From Nitrospinaceae bacterium (GTDB lineage: Bacteria; Nitrospinota; Nitrospinia; Nitrospinales; VA-1), in contig JBHHVU010000072.1 in the NCBI GenBank assembly GCA_046754465.1, positions 1 to 13,728 of the forward strand: DNA of 13,728 nucleotides. The letters run 5' to 3'. Position numbers and translations under genes: made by a program. The notes beneath the pieces are model-generated. The model had not been told where the DNA came from. It worked only from the letters and a program-made list of their open reading frames with translations, and searched no databases. Within the stretch, counting starts at the first letter, position 1; the number at the start of each line of letters is the position of its first letter. Below, piece after piece: positions 1-8,138 of this stretch.

Positions 1-153
1 CCACCTTGGTCCGCCATATAAAGTAGGACCATACCACCAGCGGCGGTTCGCCGCCCCGGCCCCCGGGGAGGGGGATAGGTCCTGGCATCATTGCCAGCCC
101 ACCTTGGTCCGCCATATAAAGTAGGACCATACCACCAGCGGCGGTTCGCCGCC
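1..153. repeat. Exact 55-bp direct repeat (1-55 and 99-153, period 98 bp), hairpin-rich; first copy cut by the window edge
   Basis: CCACCTTGGTCCGCCATATAAAGTAGGACCATACCACCAGCGGCGGTTCGCCGCC occurs at 1-55 and 99-153. Each copy contains TGGTCC...GGACCA and GGCGG-TTCG-CCGCC inverted repeats. Confidence 0.92.
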
Positions 154-158
154 GCCCG

Positions 159-533
159 TCATGGTTTTTTAGCTTTGTCCGGGCAGGGGAAGATATCGTT
201 CAGCGCGTCCACAATGAGGACGATGGGTTTTTCGCGCAGTCTGTTTTTAAAAAATTTTATCCATTCCGGGACGGTGGCTTCTCCCTTCACCCGTTTTTTC
301 TTTTCCTTGGGAACGCAGAATGATTTTGGGTGAGTTCCCTTGATTCCGTAATACTCATGGGCGTCGATCACCCCCTGAATATAGGCCCTGCAGGTGGTAT
401 CATCGAAAAGTACTGCGTCCCCGGTGCAGAATCGAAAAATATCCATACCTTTCCAATCGCTTTGTCCCCATGCGGGACTCGACGCGCCGCTCACCGTCAG
501 CAGCAAAAGCCAGCTCGCGAAATATTTTTTCAT
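159..533 (-). CDS. Secreted Rap1a/Tai-family (T6SS amidase immunity-like) protein
   Basis: Signal peptide (MKKYFASWLLLLTVSGASSPAWG), then the Rap1a-type pattern C..CRAYIQGVID..FCVP..ALNDIFPC with 4 Cys. GGAG RBS upstream. Confidence 0.8.
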   Translation of the reverse strand: MKKYFASWLLLLTVSGASSPAWGQSDWKGMDIFRFCTGDAVLFDDTTCRAYIQGVIDAHEYYGIKGTHPKSFCVPKEKKKRVKGEATVPEWIKFFKNRLREKPIVLIVDALNDIFPCPDKAKKP

Positions 534-545
534 GAGGTCTCCATT

Positions 546-1379
546 CTAGGGTGAAAATTGGGGGAAACCGGGTTCCGATGAACTTTCGGTTTTCATGCGG
601 GCTCCGCGGTCGATCAGAAATCTGGCCAGGTCGTTGTGTCCGAAGCGGAGCGCCATTTCCAGCGGCGTGAGGCCGTCCTTGTCCTCGGCATTGATATCCG
701 CCCCCTTTTCCAGCAGGAATTTTACCATTTTAATCTGACCCCCGCTGACGGCGGAATGCAGGGGGGTTTTATCCTGCCGGTCCTTAGCCTGGATATCTGC
801 GCCATGTTCGAGGAGCAGTTTGGCCAGTTCGAGGTGACCGTATCCCGCCGCCCAGTCCAGCGGCGTGGAATAATCCAGGTCCTTGGCGTTGATGTCGGCC
901 CCGTGTTCGATGAGCAGGCGCGCCAGCGTAATATTGTTTTTATTGACGGTCCAATGCAGGGGGCTGGTTCCGAGTTCGGTATCCCAGACGTTGACCTTGG
1001 CGCCTTTTTCCAGGAGCTGTCTTGCCATGGCGTTCTTGCCGACGATGATGGCCATGAACAACGGGGTGAAACCGTTATGATTTTTGGCGTTCACATCCGC
1101 CCCGCGATCGAGAAGCAGCGCCACCATGCGCTCATCGCCCGCCCGGGCTGCCAGGTGCAGAACCGTGGTTTCGTTTTCCGCCTGCGCGTTGATGTCCGCT
1201 CCCTCGTCGATGAGCCGCTTGGCCTCCTCCCTATGGCCATCCTGCACCGCCTGGAAAAGTTTTGGGCTAATCTCCGTCATACAAGACAGAATGAGAAGAC
1301 TGACGCAGAGGAAAACGCTAAATCGAAATGTGTTCAGGAAAGTGTTTATCATATCGTCTCTTGCTTTAAATTTCTCCAT
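546..1379 (-). CDS. Ankyrin-repeat protein (about 7 repeats), probable lipoprotein; alternative start at 1352
   Basis: Repeated TPLHxA...G...LLxxGADxNA motifs. Hydrophobic N-terminus ending in lipobox-like LLILSC. Confidence 0.93.
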   Translation of the reverse strand: MEKFKARDDMINTFLNTFRFSVFLCVSLLILSCMTEISPKLFQAVQDGHREEAKRLIDEGADINAQAENETTVLHLAARAGDERMVALLLDRGADVNAKNHNGFTPLFMAIIVGKNAMARQLLEKGAKVNVWDTELGTSPLHWTVNKNNITLARLLIEHGADINAKDLDYSTPLDWAAGYGHLELAKLLLEHGADIQAKDRQDKTPLHSAVSGGQIKMVKFLLEKGADINAEDKDGLTPLEMALRFGHNDLARFLIDRGARMKTESSSEPGFPQFSP

Positions 1380-1396
1380 GCCATGGCGGGGGCTCC

Positions 1397-2905
1397 TCAG
1401 GGCTTTTTCTGCCCGCGAAAATTTTCCGCAAGCCGGCGCCGTTGAATTTTTCCGGAACGAGTTTTGGGAATGGCATCCACCCAGACAAAATCCGCGGGAA
1501 TTTTATACGGTTCCAGGAACCGGCGGAGAAACACGGTCAAATCCCGTTTAGAGGGCTTGCAGTGCGGGTCTTGGTCCGAAACCAGGAAAGCCTGGACCGA
1601 TTCCCCTGACAACCCGTTCGGATCCGGAACGCCGAGGCAGGCGCAATCCGTGATGTCCGGGTGTTGGTTCAAGGCGTCTTCCACCTGCTTGGGAGCGACT
1701 TTTCTTCCCCCCACGTTGACCAGGTCCGTTTCACGTCCCTCGAGAAAAAGGAATCCCTCTTCGTCAAGGTAGCCGATATCCTCGGTTCTTAGCCAGCCGT
1801 CCATCAGTGTTTCCCGGGTCAATTCGGGTTGATTCCAGTATCGTTGCATTACGTGAGGGCCGCGTATGTGGATGCGCCCCGTTTGACCGGGAGGAAGAGA
1901 CTGGCCGCAGTCCCCGACGATTTGGATTTCCACGTTGGGACTGGGTGTTCCCGCCGACTCCAGTTTGTCTCCGGACCGGTTGAAATCGATGAAACTGGAT
2001 CGGGAGGCTTCGGTCAATCCGTAATGCATACAGATTCGGGTCGATGGTAAAAGCCGGAGGAGACGTTCCTTGTGGTCCCGGGGCATGGGGGCGCTTCCGA
2101 TCTCGATATATTTCAACTGATCGGCGAATTCCCCAATCTGGTCGCCGGATAATTGGAACAATACCGCCAGGCCGGAGGGGACGAAACAGAATCCGGTGGT
2201 TCGCCATTGTTTCATGAGTTCAAATATTTCTCCGACGAAGAGGAAGCCATTGGCCAGGACCAAGCCGCCCCCGGCGAGAAGATTGCACCGCAGCCGGCCC
2301 AGACCAAAAGAATGGCTGAGCGGGAGAGGGAGGAGTTCGCGATCGGAAGCGTGGTTGCCGATGAACGCGTTGATGTTCTCCGCGGCGGATAAAATATTGC
2401 CGTGGGTCAAAACCACCCCCTTGGGTTTCCCGGTGGTGCCAGTGGTGTAGAGAATGTCTGCCGCGTCCCGCGGGGAGGGACCAGGGGGAGTCAATGCCTC
2501 GTTCCCGCCTTCCCCATTGGCCGAACTCAATTCCTCGATCCCGCGAACCCGGAGGGATGGGGAGTCGAATTTCCTGGCGGTGAAAATTGCTTTTGGTTCC
2601 ACCTCCCTCACGAGAAACTCCAGGGTGGCGTCCGTGGATTGCGGGTCCACGGGAACCGCGATGGCGGAAAGAGCGTGGGTGGCCAGGTATCCATAAACGA
2701 AAGCCGGAGAATTTTCCGCCGCCAAAATGACCCGGTCTCCCGGATGAACGCCGGCCGCCTTCAGAACAGAGGCCGAAACGCGAATACGCTCCCCAAGCTC
2801 TCCGTAGGAGATCACCTCTTTTTCCCGGACGAGGGCGATTTTATCCGGGCAGGCCGTGACGTGGTGAAAAATCCGTTCCAGCAGGGTGACTGGATTTCTC
2901 GGCAT
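1397..2905 (-). CDS. Class I adenylate-forming enzyme (acyl-CoA/acyl-ACP ligase, AMP-binding family)
   Basis: YTTGTTGKPKG P-loop, LPLSHSFGL, HYGLTE, GWLRTEDIG, GRxTDLVNVGG and PKTRSGK motifs. Confidence 0.95.
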   Translation of the reverse strand: MPRNPVTLLERIFHHVTACPDKIALVREKEVISYGELGERIRVSASVLKAAGVHPGDRVILAAENSPAFVYGYLATHALSAIAVPVDPQSTDATLEFLVREVEPKAIFTARKFDSPSLRVRGIEELSSANGEGGNEALTPPGPSPRDAADILYTTGTTGKPKGVVLTHGNILSAAENINAFIGNHASDRELLPLPLSHSFGLGRLRCNLLAGGGLVLANGFLFVGEIFELMKQWRTTGFCFVPSGLAVLFQLSGDQIGEFADQLKYIEIGSAPMPRDHKERLLRLLPSTRICMHYGLTEASRSSFIDFNRSGDKLESAGTPSPNVEIQIVGDCGQSLPPGQTGRIHIRGPHVMQRYWNQPELTRETLMDGWLRTEDIGYLDEEGFLFLEGRETDLVNVGGRKVAPKQVEDALNQHPDITDCACLGVPDPNGLSGESVQAFLVSDQDPHCKPSKRDLTVFLRRFLEPYKIPADFVWVDAIPKTRSGKIQRRRLAENFRGQKKP

Positions 2906-2967
2906 GAGGTTCTACCTTTCTCCAGAAGAGTCGACCGGTGAGGGACCACCGATTCCGGGGCCAGGGG

Positions 2968-3921
2968 CTAGCCCAGGGCAACCAGTATTCTTCGTTCGCC
3001 CGCGAAGGGGTTTCTTCCGTGGGCGGCCAGCAGATTATCGCAAACCAGGACATCTCCCCGTTCCCAGTTGAATTCCACTTCCTCCGATTCCCGGATCTCC
3101 CGGATGTGCCTGATGTCCTCTTCCGGAATCGGAGAGCCATCACCAAAACAGACATCGTGGGGCAGGTCCTCCCCCTTGAATAAAGACCGGACCGCTTCAC
3201 GGGCTTTGGGGTCCAGGCTGGAAGGATGCCAAAGGTCCGCCTGGGTCACCCAGGTCATTTCGCCGGTTTCCGGATGAGTTTTTGCCGCGTCGCATACCAG
3301 GGCGACCCGGAGTCCTCCATCGGGTTTCCAGGTGTATTCGTAACCATCCGTCTTCAGTCGTTGTTCCACCTGGTTTGGGTCGGTGGATTCGAACTGTTGT
3401 TGCCACGATCGGCCAAATCCGTTACCATGGTTAAGATGACTTATATACTTGATTTTTTTGGAGATAAACCGATTTTTCACCTCCGGGGAAATCTTCTGAA
3501 ACACCTCCCGGGAATCAGACAAGGGGGTTTGTCCTCCCTTTTGGGAAGGGATCTCGCAGAAAAAAAAGATGTGTCGGGGAATGGTCCTTAAATTGGAAGC
3601 TTCGTTGTGTTGGATGATCTTGACGTGCCGGGAATACTCGGTAGAGGTATAGATTTTCCCCGAGACTTTGGTACGCGGGGAATTGCCCCCAATATAGTTC
3701 AGGAGGCCAGGACAAAAAAGGGTGATGAAATCTTCAAAATCCTTAGGGCCAGTGAACGAAAACCCGCGAAACAGAATCGCCCCATGCAAACGAAGTTTTT
3801 CCCGCAGAACCTCGAGGTGCTCCCCGGTCCATTTTCTCAACTCGGCGGGGTCACCGTGGTTATTGGGGACGGCCATCAGAGGCAGGGCTGGAGAAGTTGT
3901 TTCGTTTATGAAATGAATCAT
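2968..3921 (-). CDS. TauD/TfdA-family Fe(II)/2-oxoglutarate dioxygenase, SyrP-like
   Basis: HGAILFRGF, SPRT, YTSTEY, HNE (HxE iron ligands), GGQTPLSDSR and WERGDVLVCDNLLAAHGRNPF motifs. Confidence 0.93.
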   Translation of the reverse strand: MIHFINETTSPALPLMAVPNNHGDPAELRKWTGEHLEVLREKLRLHGAILFRGFSFTGPKDFEDFITLFCPGLLNYIGGNSPRTKVSGKIYTSTEYSRHVKIIQHNEASNLRTIPRHIFFFCEIPSQKGGQTPLSDSREVFQKISPEVKNRFISKKIKYISHLNHGNGFGRSWQQQFESTDPNQVEQRLKTDGYEYTWKPDGGLRVALVCDAAKTHPETGEMTWVTQADLWHPSSLDPKAREAVRSLFKGEDLPHDVCFGDGSPIPEEDIRHIREIRESEEVEFNWERGDVLVCDNLLAAHGRNPFAGERRILVALG

Positions 3922-4216
3922 GTGATTGCCGCTTCAACGGATTTTATTGGGATCGCCCGGAGTGCCTGGGGATGGAGCCGGACACCGCTTCCCAGGAGCT
4001 TTACCGAAAAATTCCATCGAGTCGAAATTACAGTGATTTTTAAGTGAAAGGAAACCGCTTGAATCCTCTAGGCCAAAAAAATCAATAATATACAATTATA
4101 GCAATAAATCCTCACAAAGGGTATCGGATTGTTCCCATACCCAGTTGAGCCAAAAAAGGCGTGGGTACGCTGAGTTGCTTTATGGACCGTCCAGGGAAAG
4201 GGAGAAGGCATTAAAA

Positions 4217-4477
4217 ATGGATAACAACGAAATCATTTCCAGCTTGACCGATTTTTTTGAAAGAGAATTTCCCAATCCGGGGGTGGACCTGACCCCCTCG
4301 ACCAACCTCACCGAAAACTGGTTTCTGGATTCTTTCGGAATATTGAACACGGTCCTGTTTCTGGAGAAGAATTTTGGAATCGAAATCAACCGGGCCGACA
4401 TCAATCCGGATAATTTTCACAGCGTAGAGAGCCTTTCCCGGTTTGTTCAGAACCAGCTATCCGCCACCCAGACCTGA
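4217..4477 (+). CDS. Acyl/aminoacyl carrier protein (stand-alone, DltC-like ACP)
   Basis: 86 aa acidic protein from ATG 4217 with GGAGAAGG upstream. LDS phosphopantetheinylation motif (WFLDSFGIL), FLEKNFGIEI, and a PDNFHSV tail typical of DltC-type ACPs. TGA overlaps the next ATG. Confidence 0.92.
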   Translation: MDNNEIISSLTDFFEREFPNPGVDLTPSTNLTENWFLDSFGILNTVLFLEKNFGIEINRADINPDNFHSVESLSRFVQNQLSATQT

Positions 4478-6195
4478 TGCCGAGTTTATTCAACCAGATT
4501 CCCGTATCGGCCGAGGATCAGGAAAAAAACAATCATCCTCACCGTCCGGTTATCGTGGCGGCCGTCCTGGCCGTCCTCGCCCTGTACATTTACCTGTTCA
4601 CCCATGTTTCCGGATGGCTCGATATTCCCACCCCCGAGAGCCTGACCGGCCGATTGGGCCTGTCCATCGGACACGTGTTCGACAAGGACCATAACGTCGA
4701 TTGCAACCTGATCGTCTCCTTCACTCAAAAATACATCAACGATGACGAACGGTTCCTGTTTTTTCTCTGTGTGGGGTTGGCCTTTTTGTTCTCCTATTTC
4801 CTTCCCGTAAGATATAAAAAATATTCCCACATCATTTTTTTTCTCATCACCGTCGGTATCCTTTACGGAGCCCGGGGGGTGCTCGGGTTGCTGTTTGCGC
4901 ATATCTGCGTTTATCTGATTCTCCACCCTGTGTCCGGGAAAAAGCTTTGGCAAGGTGGTTTGCCCGGACTGCTCGGGGTCCTCGCATTTTATCCCTATCC
5001 GGAGCTGACCGCGGCGGTTTTGCTACGGGCCGGTCTGGCGATGGGCGTATCCATTTTTTTATACCGGAATATGATTCTTCCCCTGCTGGCCCAGTCGCGG
5101 TTCGCCGGGCCCCTCCGCACGTTGGCGGTGCAGTCCGCGGTCACCACCATTGTTCTGGGCGTGCTCCTCGAGGGGTTCAACGGCAATGTCTGGAAGCTGC
5201 CCCTGGGAATCTTTTTATTTTTCTGGCATTGGGAGAGGCTTTTCATGTATCACCTCGATTATCAGGATGGACTGGTTCCCAAGGACCTCCCCCTGGGCAC
5301 GTATTTATCCGTCTTTCTTTCTCCCGCCACGATCATCAACTGGACCTGGGGAATGGCCATCGCCCAGGGGTACGCTTACACCACCAGCAATTTCCTGTGC
5401 GAAGACAAGAATAAACTGATCCTCGGCGGATTAAGATTATGGGGGCTCGCGCTGGTTTACCTGGTCTTCGGGGATTGGTTTCACTACCAGCTCCGTCAGC
5501 TTGTTGAATTCATGGGAATCCCCGTATTTTACAGTATCCGGGGGATGTCCTGTCATTTCGTGGAAGGGGGGTCGCTGAGCGCGCCCACGGTTTTATTGAC
5601 TTCGCTGACCGATCTGGCCCGGTGGCTGTTTCTGTGGGGCGGCGTGGTTCATTTCAAGGTGGGGTTGTGGAGAATCTGCGGGTACCGGGTCGATCCGCAT
5701 TTCAACTGTTTCTGGATAGCCACCAACCTGGTGAATTTGTGGACGCGATTTAATTTTCATTACCGGCAGTTCATGGTCCGCGCCTTTTATTATCCGGTAT
5801 TATTCCGATTCTTCCGCAACCACACCCACCTGCGCATCTTCGCCGCCACCATGGCCGCGGCGTGTATTGGAAATTTCGCCTGGGGCCATATCGCCGAGTC
5901 CTTCTTCTATCACGGCCTGGAAATTTCCAGCCTGACCCGCATTTGGGGTCACTGGCCCTATTTCTTTCTGCTGGCGTTGGGTATTTACGTGTCCGAGATA
6001 TGGTTGATGCACAAGAAAAACAGGAGGCGCAAGCCCTGGACACCGGGATGGAAAATCTCTTTCGATATGATTTCCGCCTACCTCACCCTGCAGTATTTTG
6101 CCCTCATCCGCATCTTCGGCCATCCTTGCGGCAAGGGCACCGTTTGGGATCATCTCAATGTCGTCTTGATCGGACTGGGCTTCCAGCCCGGGTAG
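4477..6195 (+). CDS. MBOAT-family membrane-bound acyltransferase (DltB/AlgI-like, divergent)
   Basis: Many hydrophobic TM segments. GYRVDPHFN..ATNLVNLWTRFNFHYRQFMVRAFYYP matches the MBOAT 'NF..P..S....FWxRW....YxP' region, followed by a candidate catalytic His in FAWGH. Coupled to the ACP gene (TGATG). Confidence 0.82.
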   Translation: MPSLFNQIPVSAEDQEKNNHPHRPVIVAAVLAVLALYIYLFTHVSGWLDIPTPESLTGRLGLSIGHVFDKDHNVDCNLIVSFTQKYINDDERFLFFLCVGLAFLFSYFLPVRYKKYSHIIFFLITVGILYGARGVLGLLFAHICVYLILHPVSGKKLWQGGLPGLLGVLAFYPYPELTAAVLLRAGLAMGVSIFLYRNMILPLLAQSRFAGPLRTLAVQSAVTTIVLGVLLEGFNGNVWKLPLGIFLFFWHWERLFMYHLDYQDGLVPKDLPLGTYLSVFLSPATIINWTWGMAIAQGYAYTTSNFLCEDKNKLILGGLRLWGLALVYLVFGDWFHYQLRQLVEFMGIPVFYSIRGMSCHFVEGGSLSAPTVLLTSLTDLARWLFLWGGVVHFKVGLWRICGYRVDPHFNCFWIATNLVNLWTRFNFHYRQFMVRAFYYPVLFRFFRNHTHLRIFAATMAAACIGNFAWGHIAESFFYHGLEISSLTRIWGHWPYFFLLALGIYVSEIWLMHKKNRRRKPWTPGWKISFDMISAYLTLQYFALIRIFGHPCGKGTVWDHLNVVLIGLGFQPG

Positions 6196-6251
6196 ATGAA
6201 ATCAAATAAATTCGGCGGGCCGGTGTTCAGCCGCGGAAAAAGGAATGCCGA

Positions 6252-6857
6252 TCAGGAAATGGCGCTTTTGGAAGAGGATCCCAGCCGGTACGCAGTATCC
6301 GAGGTCCAGGAAATGGCGATGTAATCCGGGAACAGGGTGGTTCGGTTGAAAAATGCGGATTCGATTTCGGTGAGGGAGAGATGAGTGGCGAAGCGGAGAT
6401 TGGCGCCGATGAGGTTGGTTCCGGTCAAAATCGTTTCCGAGAAATCGGCGCGGCTGAGGTCGGCCTCCATAAGGTCCGCCCCGCTGAAATCCGCCCCTTT
6501 CAAATTGCTTCCCATCAGGTTGGCGCGGAGGAAATCTGCTTTGAACAGTTTGGCTCCGCTCAGGTCCGCCCCGAGGAGATTGGCGGCGATCAGGTCCGCT
6601 TGCGCCAGAGTGGCCTCGCTCAAGTTGGCGCCTATGAGGATGGCCCGGATGAGATTGGCCCCGCTCAGGTCCGCTCCCTGAAGGTTGGCGTCAATGAAGT
6701 TCGTTTTTTTCAACCGCGCTCGGCGCAGGTTGGACCCCCGGAGATCCGCCCCGATCAGGTTTTTCGCGGAAAGATTGATCCCGTGGAGATCGACCCCCCT
6801 CAAGCCGTTTGGGGAGGCTGCCGAATTGATTTGTCTGGAAATCCAATCCTGGGGCAT
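6252..6857 (-). CDS. Pentapeptide-repeat protein
   Basis: Long run of A(D/N)Lxx pentapeptides (GADLRGSNLRRARL...GANL). ATG 6857 has GAGG upstream, so it is preferred over TTG 6884. Confidence 0.93.
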   Translation of the reverse strand: MPQDWISRQINSAASPNGLRGVDLHGINLSAKNLIGADLRGSNLRRARLKKTNFIDANLQGADLSGANLIRAILIGANLSEATLAQADLIAANLLGADLSGAKLFKADFLRANLMGSNLKGADFSGADLMEADLSRADFSETILTGTNLIGANLRFATHLSLTEIESAFFNRTTLFPDYIAISWTSDTAYRLGSSSKSAIS

Positions 6858-6936
6858 CGATCGTCCCTCATCTTTTGCTGCCAACCTGAAATCCCCTCCG
6901 GGAAGGAAGCCTGGATGATTTTTCCCGGTTCAGGGG

Positions 6937-6942
6937 TATAAT
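6937..6942 (+). promoter_or_regulatory. Perfect -10 box (TATAAT) upstream of ORF 7004
   Basis: TATAAT at 6937-6942 in a divergent intergenic region. No good -35 box seen. Confidence 0.35.
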
Positions 6943-7003
6943 TCCCTCGAACCCTTCCCGAGGAAGAGCCCCGGGGGGCTTCACCCCTTTAAAAGAGATT
7001 CCC

Positions 7004-7222
7004 ATGGTCAAACTGAAATTTTTCAAGGTTCGAGGCCGGATCAAAAATGACGATCCGGAAATCGACGATGAATTCGATATGTTCATCAAGGCGATCGATG
7101 ACCGGCACGCTGTGCTCCTGGTCAAGGAGCACCTGCGGACCCACGCGCCCACGGTAAACGGCAAATTGCCCGGAAGCGTGATCATCGAAGGAATTTCCGA
7201 AAGAAAAGTTCCCGGATCCTGA
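7004..7222 (+). CDS. Small hypothetical protein (72 aa)
   Basis: ATG start with a purine-rich upstream region, protein-like composition, fills the gap between flanking genes. Confidence 0.7.
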   Translation: MVKLKFFKVRGRIKNDDPEIDDEFDMFIKAIDDRHAVLLVKEHLRTHAPTVNGKLPGSVIIEGISERKVPGS

Positions 7223-7302
7223 ACAGGCCGCTTTTCCAGAGAAGGTGCGGGGTCTTCCCACCGTGGCGTTTGAGACGGGGAACGGCCCTCTCCCTCCCCG
7301 AC

Positions 7303-7713
7303 TTATTGTGGAACCCGGGTTTTTTTGGGAAGCACCAGGGTGACCGCCTTGGGATAAAGCTCCTGGGTTGCCCCATCGGGCATATCAAAAACCAGTGGCA
7401 CGCACAGCCAGACCAGACAGTCCAGAGCCAGGGCCATGCCATCGGTTCGGGGCGCGATGATGGTATTGATTTTTTCATGCCCCGGAGTTTCCGCGGTGAT
7501 GACATGAGGTTTGTTCCGGTCCAGGGGAATGCGCGTGGGGGCCATGAAAGTCGTTCCGGGAAGGGTGTCCACCGTAATTTTCGCGTAGGCCGGAACGGTG
7601 GTGACCTTGATGTCCTGGGTCTTTCCGTTCATGGTTCCCGCGCAACCCTGGAAAAACAGGAAGCTCATGAGAAACATCCCGGCCCCGCCTGCCTTGATCC
7701 TGAAAATTCGCAT
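7303..7713 (-). CDS. Putative lipoprotein with PEGA-like domain
   Basis: Lipobox FQGC followed by AGTMNGKTQDIKVTTVPAYAKITVD, the GC..G..Q.V.V.S.P.GA.V.VD pattern of PEGA-like lipoproteins. C-terminal hydrophobic segment followed by DGA. Confidence 0.75.
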   Translation of the reverse strand: MRIFRIKAGGAGMFLMSFLFFQGCAGTMNGKTQDIKVTTVPAYAKITVDTLPGTTFMAPTRIPLDRNKPHVITAETPGHEKINTIIAPRTDGMALALDCLVWLCVPLVFDMPDGATQELYPKAVTLVLPKKTRVPQ

Positions 7714-7722
7714 CCTGAAAAT

Positions 7723-8037
7723 TTAAATGGTTTTCTTGTATGGTGAAGCCGAGTCCGGGGGGTCGGCTGATTGGTCCTGCTTGTCCGGGGGTTGCACTTT
7801 TTCCCGCTTGATGATCCTGTCATTGAAATAGCTCATCCACCGGTTCAATTCATCCACGGACCGGGTTTGAATTTCCAAAATATGATTCTGCCGCCTCAAT
7901 TCACGGAAACACAGCTTGGTATATTTCTTGTCCAGATAAAGGAAAAGGGGAATGAAAAATATAAGGACCAGCAACAAAAGAATCTCCAGTGAAATGGCCC
8001 ATATCGGCACGGACTGAAAAATTTCGGAAAGTTCCAC
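7723..8037 (-). CDS. Hypothetical single-pass membrane protein
   Basis: GTG start with GGAG upstream. One TM helix followed by a coiled-coil-like segment. 9-bp gap to the next gene. Confidence 0.7.
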   Translation of the reverse strand: MELSEIFQSVPIWAISLEILLLLVLIFFIPLFLYLDKKYTKLCFRELRRQNHILEIQTRSVDELNRWMSYFNDRIIKREKVQPPDKQDQSADPPDSASPYKKTI

Positions 8038-8138
8038 CCTGGGGCTCCCGTAAGAAAAGATTTCCGGTTCAGCCGCTTCAGCACCTTCCGGCCCCTCGCC
8101 GGAAAAGAAAAAAGGTTGTGTTTCAAGGGATCGGTCCT

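Noticed and set aside
1..153. CRISPR array
   Set aside because: Only two copies are visible, the 55-bp repeat is longer than typical CRISPR repeats, the 'spacer' is itself palindromic, and no cas genes are in the window. Kept as an unclassified repeat.
636..1445. 269-aa + strand ORF, and similar antisense ORFs at 6381-6941, 11150-11731 and 11235-11807
   Set aside because: Antisense shadows of confident genes, expected in GC-rich coding DNA.
4050..4105. Specific promoter call in the AT-rich divergent region
   Set aside because: TTGAAT and TAATAT/TACAAT are present but the spacing does not fit. Promoters are likely here but cannot be placed.
4145..4216. N-terminal extension of the ACP from TTG 4145
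   Set aside because: ATG 4217 has an RBS and gives a normal ACP length.
2968..4477. Isonitrile lipopeptide (ScoA-E-type) cluster
   Set aside because: It shares ligase, ACP and TauD-family genes, but no thioesterase or NRPS is present and the dioxygenase motifs look SyrP-like.
1397..6195. Canonical dltABCD operon, or gene symbols dltA/B/C
   Set aside because: The ligase lacks the DltA FDLS motif, there is no dltD, the layout is divergent, and a dioxygenase is present.
6196..6251. Terminator between the MBOAT and pentapeptide genes
   Set aside because: Only an imperfect hairpin, too weak to call.
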